From positions 195,101-259,100 of the forward strand of contig JAWKRB010000006.1 of NCBI GenBank assembly GCA_041389885.1: a DNA stretch of 64,000 nt, given 5' to 3'. This DNA comes from Polyangiales bacterium. GTDB lineage: Bacteria; Myxococcota_A; Polyangia; Polyangiales; Ga0077539. Positions 34,102 to 43,608 of this stretch are shown here, in pieces; positions within the stretch are counted from its first letter, which is position 1, and each line of letters starts with the position of its first letter. Below the pieces are notes generated by a model. It ran no database searches and had not been told where the DNA came from. It was given only the letters and a program-made list of their open reading frames with translations. The translations under genes and the position numbers were made by a program.

Positions 34102-35532
34102 ATGGCGACCCCGCTCCCGCGCATCGTCGCGCGCTTCACCCTCCGAGAGGTCGCGCTCGCGACCGGCGGCACGGCCCTCGGCGACCCAGAGCGCGCGATC
34201 GTCGGCGTCAGCACCGACTCTCGCGCCATCGAGGCCGGGGCGATCTTCGTCGCCCTCCGCGGCGAGCGCTTCGACGGGCACCTCCACGTCACGACCGCGG
34301 CGGCGCAGGGGGCGGCGGCGGCGCTGATCGAGCGAGACGAGGGGCTCCCGCCGGGGCTGCCCCGCGTGCTCGTGCGCGACACGACCCGCGCCCTCGCGGA
34401 CCTCGCGGCGTACCACCTGGAGCGGCGCCGCGCCCGCTCGCCCCTGCCCACGGTCGCCGTCAGCGGCGCGGTGGGAAAGACCACGACCAAAGAGCTCCTG
34501 GCCGCGGGGCTGACTGCGGTGTTCGGCGAGTGCCTCGCGCCGCGCGGGAACCTGAACAACCTGGTCGGCGCGCCGGTCACCGCCCTCACGCTCTCAGACG
34601 AGCACCGCGCCGCGGTCATCGAGTGCGGCTCGAACGCGCCAGGCGAGATCGCGCGCATCGGCGCGATGGCGCGCCCCGACGTCGCCGTGTGCATGAACGC
34701 CGACATCGCCCACACCGAGGGCGTCGGCTCGATGGAGGCCGTGGCCGACGAGGAGGGCGCCATCTTCGGATGCGCTTCGCGCGCCGTCGTGGGCAACGCC
34801 GACGACGCCCTCTCGAGGTCGCGCATGGCCCTGGCGGGCGATGGGGTCGCGCGCTGGACCTTCGGCGCGGCGCCCGGCGCCCACGCGCGCCTGACGGCCC
34901 GCGAGGTCCTCGCGGACGGTCGCGCGAGGCTGACCATCGCCCTCGACCCCGCGCTCTGCGTCGGGGGGCCCGTGCTGTCGTTGGACACCGCCCTCCTCGG
35001 CCCCGCCGTGGCGACGAACTTCGCCGCCGCGCTCGCCGCGCTCGCCGCGCTGGGGGTGGGCGCCGAGGGCCTGGCGCGGGCCGCGCGGGCGATGGGCGAG
35101 GTGCCGCCCGTGTCGGGGCGGCTGGTGCCCCGCGAGGTGCGCGGAGCGCTGGTGCTCGACGACACGTACAACGCCTCGCCGCGGGCGGTGCGCGCGGCCC
35201 TCGACGCCGCGGTCGAGGTCGCCCGCGCCCGAGGCGCGCGCCTGCTGGTGGCCCTGGGCGACATGCTGGAGCTGGGCGCGCTCTCGGAGGGCGCGCACGC
35301 CGAGGCGGTGGCCGAGGTCGCCCGCGCGAGGCCCGCCGTCTTCGTCGCGTGCGGACCCGAGTTCGGTCGGGCGGCGGCGGTCGGGGTGCCCGGCGCGGAG
35401 GTGATCCGGGTGCGCGAGAGCGACGCGGCCGGCGAGGCGCTGCGGGTGAGGGTCTCGCCCGGCGACGTCGTGCTGGTGAAGGGCTCGCGTGGGACGCGAA
35501 TGGAGCGCGCGATTCGCGCGCTAGAGGGCTGA
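34102..35532 (+). CDS. murF: UDP-N-acetylmuramoyl-tripeptide--D-alanyl-D-alanine ligase
   Basis: Mur ligase (AVSGAVGKTTTKELL) directly after murE. Confidence 0.9.
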   Translation: MATPLPRIVARFTLREVALATGGTALGDPERAIVGVSTDSRAIEAGAIFVALRGERFDGHLHVTTAAAQGAAAALIERDEGLPPGLPRVLVRDTTRALADLAAYHLERRRARSPLPTVAVSGAVGKTTTKELLAAGLTAVFGECLAPRGNLNNLVGAPVTALTLSDEHRAAVIECGSNAPGEIARIGAMARPDVAVCMNADIAHTEGVGSMEAVADEEGAIFGCASRAVVGNADDALSRSRMALAGDGVARWTFGAAPGAHARLTAREVLADGRARLTIALDPALCVGGPVLSLDTALLGPAVATNFAAALAALAALGVGAEGLARAARAMGEVPPVSGRLVPREVRGALVLDDTYNASPRAVRAALDAAVEVARARGARLLVALGDMLELGALSEGAHAEAVAEVARARPAVFVACGPEFGRAAAVGVPGAEVIRVRESDAAGEALRVRVSPGDVVLVKGSRGTRMERAIRALEG

Positions 35533-35539
35533 GGGTCCG

Positions 35540-36691
35540 TTGCTGTACCTGCTTCTCTACCCGATGCGCACCGCGTCGGACTCGCTGTCGTGGCTCAACG
35601 TGCTGCGGTACATCCCGTTCCGCGTGATCATGGCCACGCTGACCGCGATGGTGCTCTCCTTCGTGCTCGGCCCCTGGTTCATCAAGCGCCTGCAGGAGAA
35701 GCAGATCGGTCAGGTCGTGCGCGGCGACGGCCCCGAGTCCCACCTCTCCAAGCGCGGCACGCCGACCATGGGGGGGTCGCTGATCCTCTTCACGCTCACC
35801 CTCTCGACGGTGCTCTGGACCGACGCGACCAACACCTTCGTGTGGCTGACCCTGCTGGTCACGATGGGCTACGGCTTCATCGGCTTTCTCGACGACTTCT
35901 TGAAGCTCAAGCGCAAGAATTCGGGCGGCCTCGCGGGGCGCTACAAGCTCATCGGGCAGTTCGCCATCGCGGCCCTGGTGGTGGGCCTGTTGTTCTTCGG
36001 CGGCCCGCGCTTTCTCCCCGCCGACTGGATCGCCGTGCGGCACCAGCTCGCCCTGCCCTTCGGCGCGTTCTCGAAGCACCACCTCGTGCTCGGCCCGTGG
36101 GTGTACTGGGCGCTCGGGATGGTGGTCGTCGCCGGCACCTCGAACGCCGTCAACCTCACCGACGGGCTCGACGGCCTGGCCATCGGCCCGGTGATCATCA
36201 ACGCGGGCACCTACCTCATCTTCGCCTACGTGACCGGCGTGACCTTCGCGGGCTTCTCGATCGCGCGGTACCTCGACCTGCCGCAGCTCCAGTCGACCGG
36301 CGAGCTCGCGGTGCTGTGCGGGGCCATGATCGGCAGCGGCATCGGGTTCCTCTGGTACAACACGTACCCCGCGACGGTGTTCATGGGCGACGTGGGCGCC
36401 CTCGCGCTGGGCGGCGCGCTGGGGATGCTCGCGCTCATCACGAAGAACGAGCTGCTCTCGGTGCTCCTCGGGGGGATCTTCGTCGTCGAGACCGTGTCGG
36501 TGATGATCCAGCGCGGGTACTTCGCGTACACCAAGCGCGTGACCGGCACCGGCAAGCGGATCTTCTTGATGGCGCCGATTCACCACCACTTCGAGAAGAA
36601 GGGCTGGGCCGAGCCGAAGGTCATCGTTCGCTTCTGGATCATCTCCATCATGCTTGCGCTGATTTCGCTTTCCTCGCTGAAGCTACGCTAA
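35540..36691 (+). CDS. mraY: Phospho-N-acetylmuramoyl-pentapeptide transferase
   Basis: Polytopic membrane protein (MLYLLLYPMRTASDSLSWLNVLRYIPFRVIMATL...NAVNLTDGLDGLA...HHHFE). Confidence 0.95.
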   Translation: MLYLLLYPMRTASDSLSWLNVLRYIPFRVIMATLTAMVLSFVLGPWFIKRLQEKQIGQVVRGDGPESHLSKRGTPTMGGSLILFTLTLSTVLWTDATNTFVWLTLLVTMGYGFIGFLDDFLKLKRKNSGGLAGRYKLIGQFAIAALVVGLLFFGGPRFLPADWIAVRHQLALPFGAFSKHHLVLGPWVYWALGMVVVAGTSNAVNLTDGLDGLAIGPVIINAGTYLIFAYVTGVTFAGFSIARYLDLPQLQSTGELAVLCGAMIGSGIGFLWYNTYPATVFMGDVGALALGGALGMLALITKNELLSVLLGGIFVVETVSVMIQRGYFAYTKRVTGTGKRIFLMAPIHHHFEKKGWAEPKVIVRFWIISIMLALISLSSLKLR

Positions 36692-36722
36692 GGGAGCTGT
36701 CACCAACCGGAGGCCCGAATCG

Positions 36723-37901
36723 GTGTCAGCAAGCATGATCAACGTGCGGCGCGCCTCGCTCTGTCCCCCCGAGCGCGGGGCCGACCTCCCGCCCCCGCAG
36801 GACGTCACCGGCGGCGCCGACGCGCCCCTCATCGCCGTCACCCTGCTGCTCACGGTGTTCGGCGTGGTGATGGTGTACTCGGCGAGCGCGGTGTTCGCCG
36901 CGCGCGTCCACCACGACGCGCAGTTCTTCCTCGTGCGCCAGGGGCTCTACGCGCTCGTCGGCGCCGCGGCGATGGCCTTCGTCGCCAGCCTCGATCACCG
37001 GCGCCTGCGCGCGCTGAGCTACCCCGTGCTCCTCGGCACCTTCGGGCTCATGGCCGCGGTGCCCTTCCTCGGCCACCGGGTGAACGGCGCGGTGCGATGG
37101 ATCCGCCTGGGCCCGGTCAACCTCCAGCCCTCAGAGCTCGCGAAGATCGCGCTCGTGGCGTGGCTCGCCCACTCGCTCAGCAAGAAGCAGGAGAAGATCC
37201 GAACCTTCTCGGTGGGCTTCTTGCCGCACCTGCTCGTGGCGATGCTGCTCATGGGGCTCTGCCTCCAGCAGCGCGACATGGGCAGCGCCGTGGTGCTCCT
37301 CGCGCTGACCTTCACCCTGCTCTTCGTCGCGGGCGCCCGCCTGGGGTACATCATGCTCGCGGGCCTGCTCGCCGCGCCGGCGGCGGTCTGGCTGGTGAAG
37401 GGGACGAACTACCGGCACCAGCGCTGGCTCGCCTTCACCAACCCCTTCGACCCGCAGTACCGCCGGGGGATCTCGTACCAGCTCGTGGAGTCTCTGCTGG
37501 GATTCGGCGCCGGCGGCACCACCGGGGTCGGGCTGGGCGACTCGCGGCAGAAGCTGTTCTATCTCCCCGAGGCCCACACGGATTTCATCTCCGCCATCAT
37601 CGGCGAGGAGCTCGGGTTCGTCGGCGTCGCGGCCCTCATCGCGGCGTACGGCGTGATGGTCTGGCGAGGCGTGGTCATCGCCTCGCGCTCGCGCGACGAC
37701 CACGGGACCTACCTCGCCTTCGGGATGACCACGCTCCTCGCGATTCAGGCGCTGATCAACCTCGGCGTGGCCATGGGCCAGCTCCCCACCAAGGGGCTCA
37801 CGCTGCCCTTCATCTCGTACGGGGGCAGCTCGCTGATCGTCGACCTCGTCGCCGTGGGCGTGCTGCTCTCGGTGTCGCGGAGCGCCGCGGCGAGCCGGTA
37901 G
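36723..37901 (+). CDS. ftsW: SEDS-family peptidoglycan glycosyltransferase FtsW
   Basis: SEDS motifs (...IRLGPVNLQPSELAKIALVAWLA...LPFISYGGSSL). Confidence 0.9.
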   Translation: MSASMINVRRASLCPPERGADLPPPQDVTGGADAPLIAVTLLLTVFGVVMVYSASAVFAARVHHDAQFFLVRQGLYALVGAAAMAFVASLDHRRLRALSYPVLLGTFGLMAAVPFLGHRVNGAVRWIRLGPVNLQPSELAKIALVAWLAHSLSKKQEKIRTFSVGFLPHLLVAMLLMGLCLQQRDMGSAVVLLALTFTLLFVAGARLGYIMLAGLLAAPAAVWLVKGTNYRHQRWLAFTNPFDPQYRRGISYQLVESLLGFGAGGTTGVGLGDSRQKLFYLPEAHTDFISAIIGEELGFVGVAALIAAYGVMVWRGVVIASRSRDDHGTYLAFGMTTLLAIQALINLGVAMGQLPTKGLTLPFISYGGSSLIVDLVAVGVLLSVSRSAAASR

Positions 37902-37908
37902 ACCGACG

Positions 37909-39009
37909 GTGGCCGCGCCCTTCAAGCTGATGATCGCCGGGGGAGGAACCGGCGGCCACGTCTTTCCTGGCGTCGCCGTGGCCGACGCCCTCGCGCGCCG
38001 CGTGCGAGACCTCGACGTGCTCTGGGTGGGCACGAGCCGCGGGATCGAGAACAAGATCCTGCCGACGACCCCGTGGCGCTTCGAGGCCATGGAGCTCTCG
38101 GGGCTCAACGGCGTGCGCGGGCGCGCGCTGCGCGACGCCGTCGGCAAGCTCCCCCGCGCGGGCTGGCGGGCCGTCGAGCTCGTGCGCCGCGAGCGACCCC
38201 ACGCGGCGCTCGGCGTGGGCGGCTACGCCGGCGGCCCCCTCATCGCCGTCGCCGCCGCGCTGGGCGTGCCCACGGCGGTGCTCGAGCCCAACGCCATCCC
38301 CGGGCTGACCAACCGTCTCCTCGCGCCCTTCGTGCGGCGCGCCTTCGTCACCCATGAGGTGACCCTGCAGTCGTTCCCCGCGGGGGTGGCGACGGTGACG
38401 GGCTCGCCGGTGCGCCGTGGCTTCTTGCGCCGCATGGGCAGCCCGGTGCCCCACGACGACCCGCCGACGGTGCTGGTGATCGGCGGGAGCCAGGGCGCGC
38501 GCGCGATCAACGAGGTCGTGCCCGAGGCGGTGGCCTCCCTCACGCGGGGCGGGCTGCGCGTGCGGCTGACCCACCAGACCGGCGGCGCCACCCGCGACGC
38601 CGTGGCCGCGCGCTACGCCGAGCTGGGCGTCGAGGCCGAGGTCGTAGGCTTCATCGACGACGTGGCCGCCGTGATGGAGCGCGCCTCGCTGGTGGTGTGC
38701 CGCGCGGGCGCGATGACCCTCGCGGAGATCGGCGTGCTCGGGCGCCCCGCGATCTACGTGCCGCTGCCCACCGCGGCCGACGATCACCAGCGCCGCAACG
38801 CCGAGGCGATGACCGAGCGCGGCGCCGCGCGGTGGATCGCCCAGTCTGAGCTCAGCGCCGAGGGCCTCGCCCGCGAGATGCGGGCGCTGCTCACCGATCA
38901 CAACCTCTTGCGAGACATGGGGATCAAGGCGTGGGAGACCGCGCACCCCGACGCCGCGGGCACCATCGCCGACGCGCTGCTCGACCTCGCCCGCTGGCCG
39001 CGGTCATGA
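37909..39009 (+). CDS. murG: UDP-N-acetylglucosamine--N-acetylmuramyl-(pentapeptide) pyrophosphoryl-undecaprenol N-acetylglucosamine transferase
   Basis: MIAGGGTGGHVFPGVAVADAL...GGSQGAR. Confidence 0.95.
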   Translation: MAAPFKLMIAGGGTGGHVFPGVAVADALARRVRDLDVLWVGTSRGIENKILPTTPWRFEAMELSGLNGVRGRALRDAVGKLPRAGWRAVELVRRERPHAALGVGGYAGGPLIAVAAALGVPTAVLEPNAIPGLTNRLLAPFVRRAFVTHEVTLQSFPAGVATVTGSPVRRGFLRRMGSPVPHDDPPTVLVIGGSQGARAINEVVPEAVASLTRGGLRVRLTHQTGGATRDAVAARYAELGVEAEVVGFIDDVAAVMERASLVVCRAGAMTLAEIGVLGRPAIYVPLPTAADDHQRRNAEAMTERGAARWIAQSELSAEGLAREMRALLTDHNLLRDMGIKAWETAHPDAAGTIADALLDLARWPRS

Positions 39010-40056
39010 CCCCGCGAGGGCGTCGAGGTACCAGGCGTAGGCGCGGCGCACGCCCTCTTCGAGGTCGACCTTCGGCGCCCAGCCCAGCGCGCGGATGCGC
39101 GACGAGTCCATGAGCTTTCGCGGCGTGCCGTCGGGCTTCGTCGGGTCCCAGCGCACCTCGCCGTCGAAGCCCACGACCCGCTGCACGCAGTCGGCGAGGT
39201 CGCGGATCGACACGTCGTCGCCGTATCCCACGTTGATCAGCGCGCAGGGGTTGCGGTCGTCGGTCGCCTCGCCGCCCAGCGTGGCCGCGGAGACCTCGCG
39301 CAGCAGGAACACGCACGCGTCGGCCAGGTCGTCGCTGTAGAGAAACTCCCTCCGCGGCGACCCGCTGCCCCAGAGCGAGACCACGCCCTGCAGCAGCCCC
39401 TCGGCCACGCCCTCGGGGATCGCGCCGAAGCGCGCCACGTCCCGCGCGAGGGCGTCGTGCTCTCCCGCTCGGGCGAGCTTCGCGAGGTGAAACTTTCGGA
39501 TCATCGCCGGGAGCACGTGCGAGCTCCGGAGGTCGAAGTTGTCTCCGGGGCCGTACATGTTCGTCGGCATCGCCGAGAGAAAGTCCGTGCCGTGCTGCCG
39601 GTTGTAGGCGTCGCACAGCTTGATCCCCGCGATCTTGGCCAGGGCGTAGGCGTCGTTCGTGGGCTCGAGGGCGCCGGTGAGCAGGCTGTCCTCGCGAATC
39701 GGCTGCGGGGCGTACTTCGGGTAGATGCAGCTGCTGCCGAGGAAGAGCAGCTTGCGCACGCCGACGCGGTGCGCGCTGGAGATCAGGTTGTTCTGGATCG
39801 TCAGGTTCTTGAGCAGAAAGTCGACCGGCTCGGTCTTGTTCGCGAGGATCCCGCCGACCTTCGCCGCGGCGATGACGACGTGCGTGGGGCGCGTGTCGTG
39901 AAAGTGCCGCGACACGGCGGAGGCGTCGAGGAGGTCGAGCTCGGCGTGCGTGCGCAGCACGAGCCTCTCGAAGCCCGATCGCCGCAGCGACCGCTCGATG
40001 GCAGAGCCGACCAGGCCCCGGTGCCCGGCGATGTAGATCCTCGCGTTGGTGTCCAT
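39004..40056 (-). CDS. fcl: GDP-L-fucose synthase (GDP-4-keto-6-deoxy-D-mannose 3,5-epimerase/4-reductase)
   Basis: Internal start MDTNARIYIAGHRGLVGSAIERSL, an SDR fold, and SCIYPKYAPQPIRE. Convergent with murG, whose ends overlap. Confidence 0.9.
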   Translation of the reverse strand: MDTNARIYIAGHRGLVGSAIERSLRRSGFERLVLRTHAELDLLDASAVSRHFHDTRPTHVVIAAAKVGGILANKTEPVDFLLKNLTIQNNLISSAHRVGVRKLLFLGSSCIYPKYAPQPIREDSLLTGALEPTNDAYALAKIAGIKLCDAYNRQHGTDFLSAMPTNMYGPGDNFDLRSSHVLPAMIRKFHLAKLARAGEHDALARDVARFGAIPEGVAEGLLQGVVSLWGSGSPRREFLYSDDLADACVFLLREVSAATLGGEATDDRNPCALINVGYGDDVSIRDLADCVQRVVGFDGEVRWDPTKPDGTPRKLMDSSRIRALGWAPKVDLEEGVRRAYAWYLDALAGS

Positions 40057-40199
40057 GTGCAAAGCCTCCTCGTGCGACCGCGCGGGACCTATCACCGACC
40101 GGGACGAGTCTCCAGTGAACTCACGCGACCGCACACCCGGGGGGGAGGTGGGGGCGGCGCGCGTTGAGGCCCACCCGGCGCCGGTGCGACGCTCGGGCA

Positions 40200-41114
40200 A
40201 TGATGACCATCCCCGTGATCCCTGCATCTGGAGCGGTCTCTCCGGGCGAGATGGACCGCGTGCTGACCTGGTGCGCCCACGAGCGCTTCACCGGCCTGCT
40301 GACCTTCGAGTCGAGCGTGGGCGAGGTGTCACTGCCCATGCGCGGGGGCGCCCTCGACCTGGGCCTCGACCCCTCCCTCGTGGAGGTGGCCGAGTCGCTG
40401 CGGCGCGCGCCGGCCGGGCGCTACACGCTCACCGAGGCCCTTCCTCCCCTGGAGGGCGCCTCGGCGATGCACCCGCTGCGCAGGGAGGGCAGGCTCGGCC
40501 CGGCCACCTTCGCCGACCTCCTGCGCTGGTGCGAAGACGTCGCGCTGACCGGCACCGTCCACCTCTCGGTGACGCGCCCCGAGGCGCGCTCGCACGTGTT
40601 CTCCTTCGTGCGCGGGGGCCTCGCGTCGGTCGAGCTGGAGAGCTGGAGCGAGCGCGACCTCAGCGAGGTCTTCGCCCTCGACGAGGGCGTCTTCGTCGTG
40701 AGGCTGACCTCGCGCTTCGGCGCGACGACGCCGAGTCAGATGCCCCCGGCCGACGACGCGCGCGCCCGGCGCGACGATTTGCGCGCGGTGCGACTCGGCC
40801 TCGAGGGGATCCTCCGCAAGCGCGACGCCGCGAGCTCGGGCCGGTGGCGCTGCGGCTCGGCGGACGCCGCGCCGGTCGCTCGCCCGAGCCTCGCGCCGGT
40901 CCCCCCGGAGTCGGCGGTGGTGGTGTACGTCCTCGACCCTGCTTCGCTCGCCGCGCGCAAGGCGCCGCCCTCAGACCGCACCGAGCGCCTCGACGCGATC
41001 GTGCTCCCCGCGCCCGCGCGGCCTGCGTGGATCGCGGCCTGCGTGCTGGGCTTTCTCTGCGTCGTCGCCGCGGGCTTCGGCATCGCGGCGGGGGTCGACC
41101 TGCTGCGCTCGTGA
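40200..41114 (+). CDS. DUF4388 domain-containing protein with a C-terminal TM segment
   Basis: Two DUF4388-like repeats (GEMDRVLTWCAHERFTGLLTFESSVGEVSLPMRGGAL and FADLLRWCEDVALTGTVHLS) and a C-terminal TM (WIAACVLGFLCVVAAGFGIAAGV). Confidence 0.6.
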   Translation: MMTIPVIPASGAVSPGEMDRVLTWCAHERFTGLLTFESSVGEVSLPMRGGALDLGLDPSLVEVAESLRRAPAGRYTLTEALPPLEGASAMHPLRREGRLGPATFADLLRWCEDVALTGTVHLSVTRPEARSHVFSFVRGGLASVELESWSERDLSEVFALDEGVFVVRLTSRFGATTPSQMPPADDARARRDDLRAVRLGLEGILRKRDAASSGRWRCGSADAAPVARPSLAPVPPESAVVVYVLDPASLAARKAPPSDRTERLDAIVLPAPARPAWIAACVLGFLCVVAAGFGIAAGVDLLRS

Positions 41115-41154
41115 CCTCCCTCACACCGCGCGAATCCATGTACAACCGCGGGCC

Positions 41155-42180
41155 ATGCGCGCGCTGCTCATCACACGTCACGGCGGTCCTGAGGTCTTGT
41201 CGGTGCGAGAGGTGCCCGACCCGTCGCCCGCCGCGGGCGAGGTGCGGGTCAGGGTCCACTTCGCCGGGCTGAACTTCTCCGACGTGATGGCGCGCCAGGG
41301 GATGTACCCCGACGCGCCGCCGCCGCCGTGCACGGTGGGCTACGAGTGCTCCGGGGTGATCGACGCGGTGGGCGAGGGCGTCGATGCCTCGCGGGTGGGC
41401 GAGCGCGTCATCGCGCTCTCGCGCTTTCACGCCCAGGCCGAGCTGCTGTGCGTGCCCTCGTCGCAGGCCCTCGCGATGCCCGAGTCGATGACCTTCGAGC
41501 AGGGCGCCGCGCTCCCGGTGGTCTACGTGACGGCGTACCACATGCTGTTTCGGGTCTCTCACCTGCGGCCGGGGATGAAGGTGCTGGTGCACATGGCCGC
41601 GGGCGGCGTGGGCACCGCGGCGCTGCAGCTCTGCCGGACCGTGCCCGGCGTGACCACCTTCGGCACGGCGTCGCCCTCGAAGCACGAAGCGATTCGCGCC
41701 GAGGGCTGCGACCACCCGATCGACTATCGGAGCAAGGACTACGCGGAGGAGGTCCTTCGGCTCACCGACGGCAAGGGCGTCGACCTGATCCTCGACCCGC
41801 TCGGGGGCAAGGACTGGAAGAAGGGGATGAGGCTCCTACGACCCGCGGGGTTGCTCGTCGCGTTCGGCTTCGCGAACATGTCGAGCGGCGAGCGCAGGTC
41901 GGTCGTCCACATGCTCCGCGAGGGGGTACAGATCCCGATCTTCACCCCGCTGCAGCTCATGGACTCGAACCGGGGCGTCGCCGGGGTGAACATCGGGCAC
42001 CTCTGGGGTGAGATCGAGATGCTCTCCGAGGAGCTCCGCGCGCTGGTCGAGCTCTTCGTCGAGGGGCGCATCGCGCCGCGCATCGACGCGGTGATCCCCC
42101 TCGACCGCGCCGCCGAGGCGCACGCGAGGCTCACCGGGCGTCAGAACGTCGGGAAGGTCCTGCTCAAGATCCAGGCTTGA
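41155..42180 (+). CDS. Zn-independent medium-chain dehydrogenase/reductase (quinone oxidoreductase / VAT-1-like)
   Basis: MDR fold (VRVRVHFAGLNFSDVMARQGMY...HMAAGGVGTAALQL). Confidence 0.85.
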   Translation: MRALLITRHGGPEVLSVREVPDPSPAAGEVRVRVHFAGLNFSDVMARQGMYPDAPPPPCTVGYECSGVIDAVGEGVDASRVGERVIALSRFHAQAELLCVPSSQALAMPESMTFEQGAALPVVYVTAYHMLFRVSHLRPGMKVLVHMAAGGVGTAALQLCRTVPGVTTFGTASPSKHEAIRAEGCDHPIDYRSKDYAEEVLRLTDGKGVDLILDPLGGKDWKKGMRLLRPAGLLVAFGFANMSSGERRSVVHMLREGVQIPIFTPLQLMDSNRGVAGVNIGHLWGEIEMLSEELRALVELFVEGRIAPRIDAVIPLDRAAEAHARLTGRQNVGKVLLKIQA

Positions 42181-43516
42181 AGAGCACGGTGGGGATGGTC
42201 TTCAGCAGGATCACCACGTAGAGCAGCAGCGATCGCTCCTGCACGTAATAGAGCTCGTACGAGAGCTTCACCCGCGTGTCGTCGACGCTGGACCCGTAGC
42301 GAAACGACACCTGGGCCCACCCGGTCAGCCCCGGCTTCACCTGGAACCGCAGCGAGTAGTACGGCAGCTGCTCGACGAGCCGCTCGACGAACTCCGGCCG
42401 CTCCGGGCGAGGGCCTACCAGGCTCATGTCGCCCCGGAGCACGTTCCAAAGCTGCGGGAGCTCGTCGACGCGCGTGCGACGGAGGAACCGACCGAAGGCC
42501 GTCACGCGCATGTCGCCGGGCTGCGACCACTGCGGCCCGTCGCGCTCGGCGTCGGCGCGCATCGAGCGGAACTTGTAGATCGTGAAGGGTCGACCGAGCT
42601 CTCCCGTCCGGCGCTGCGCGAAGAACACCGGGCGCCCCATGGTCAACAGGATGCCCGCCGCAGCCACGAGCCACAGCGGCAGCGAGAGCAGCAGGAGCGT
42701 CGCCGCGCCCAGCACGTCGAGGACGCGGAGAAGGTTGGGCGAGACGCCGCGTCGCGACGTGGTGAACGCCGGGCGCCGGAGGAAATACAAATCGTCGACC
42801 ACCTCGACGGGGATGCGCCCGGCGATGCTCTGAAAGACGTCCGCGGTGTCGTGCACCTCGACGCCGTCGCGCTTGAGCGCCAGGAGCGCCTTCGTCCCGG
42901 CGGGGGAGAGCGACTCGAGGCCGGTGACGAGGATGTGCCTCGCGTCGCACCCCTGAACGATGCGCGCCCAGCTCTCGGGGGGGTCGTTGGAGTCGATGGT
43001 CGCCGCCAGGCGAAAGCGGCGCTCGGGGTGGTCGCGCAGGCCCGAGATCACCTCCTGCGGCGCCTCGCGGAGCGCGAGGTGCACCGAGGCGTCTGCGAGG
43101 CCCGCGCGCGCCAGCGCCGAGAGGAGGATCGCCCGGGACAGCGACGCGGCGACCGCCAGGCCAGAGGCCTGGAGCACGAAGAGGCTGCGGTGAAAGCCCC
43201 AGCGGGGCACGAGAAAGCTCAACGAGGCGACGACGCCCGAGGCCAGCGCCACCGCGGCGACCACGCGCAAAAGGTTGCGCCCGCGTCGAAAATCCAACTC
43301 GGCGCTGTACAGCTCGAAGACGTAGAACACCAGCAGGTGGACCCCGAGCACGAGGAGCGTGGCGCCCTTCCAGTGGCGGAGCAGGTCGGGGAGCACCGAG
43401 GCCGAGCCGGCCTGCCACGCGAGCTGCGCCGCTGCGCCCAGCGAGCCGAGGATCAGCACGACGTCGAGCGCCACGGCCCACCGGGCGAATCGGCTGACGT
43501 TGAGCCCTGACACCAC
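42164..43516 (-). CDS. Undecaprenyl-phosphate sugar phosphotransferase (exopolysaccharide-initiating bacterial sugar transferase)
   Basis: N-terminal TM helices and the C-terminal PF02397 signature (GRPVFFAQRRTGELGRPFTIYKFRSM...LVGPRPE...KPGLTGWAQV). Confidence 0.9.
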   Translation of the reverse strand: MVSGLNVSRFARWAVALDVVLILGSLGAAAQLAWQAGSASVLPDLLRHWKGATLLVLGVHLLVFYVFELYSAELDFRRGRNLLRVVAAVALASGVVASLSFLVPRWGFHRSLFVLQASGLAVAASLSRAILLSALARAGLADASVHLALREAPQEVISGLRDHPERRFRLAATIDSNDPPESWARIVQGCDARHILVTGLESLSPAGTKALLALKRDGVEVHDTADVFQSIAGRIPVEVVDDLYFLRRPAFTTSRRGVSPNLLRVLDVLGAATLLLLSLPLWLVAAAGILLTMGRPVFFAQRRTGELGRPFTIYKFRSMRADAERDGPQWSQPGDMRVTAFGRFLRRTRVDELPQLWNVLRGDMSLVGPRPERPEFVERLVEQLPYYSLRFQVKPGLTGWAQVSFRYGSSVDDTRVKLSYELYYVQERSLLLYVVILLKTIPTVLFKPGS

Positions 43517-43608
43517 GACGGGATCGTACCCTCGGCCCCACCGCGCGCGCAGCGAAATGCCGAGGGCGGCTCAGGGAGCGCGGCGCTCGGCGCGGCCGCG
43601 GGCGGGCC

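Noticed and set aside
29906-36589. Very long minus-strand ORFs (832, 656, 657, 427 aa) antisense to ftsI, murE, murF and mraY
   Set aside because: They are antisense to well-supported dcw genes and have low-complexity Arg-rich translations.
36692-36722. Possible missing murD between mraY and ftsW as an annotation gap
   Set aside because: Only 31 nt separate the two genes, so murD is genuinely absent from this position and not unannotated.
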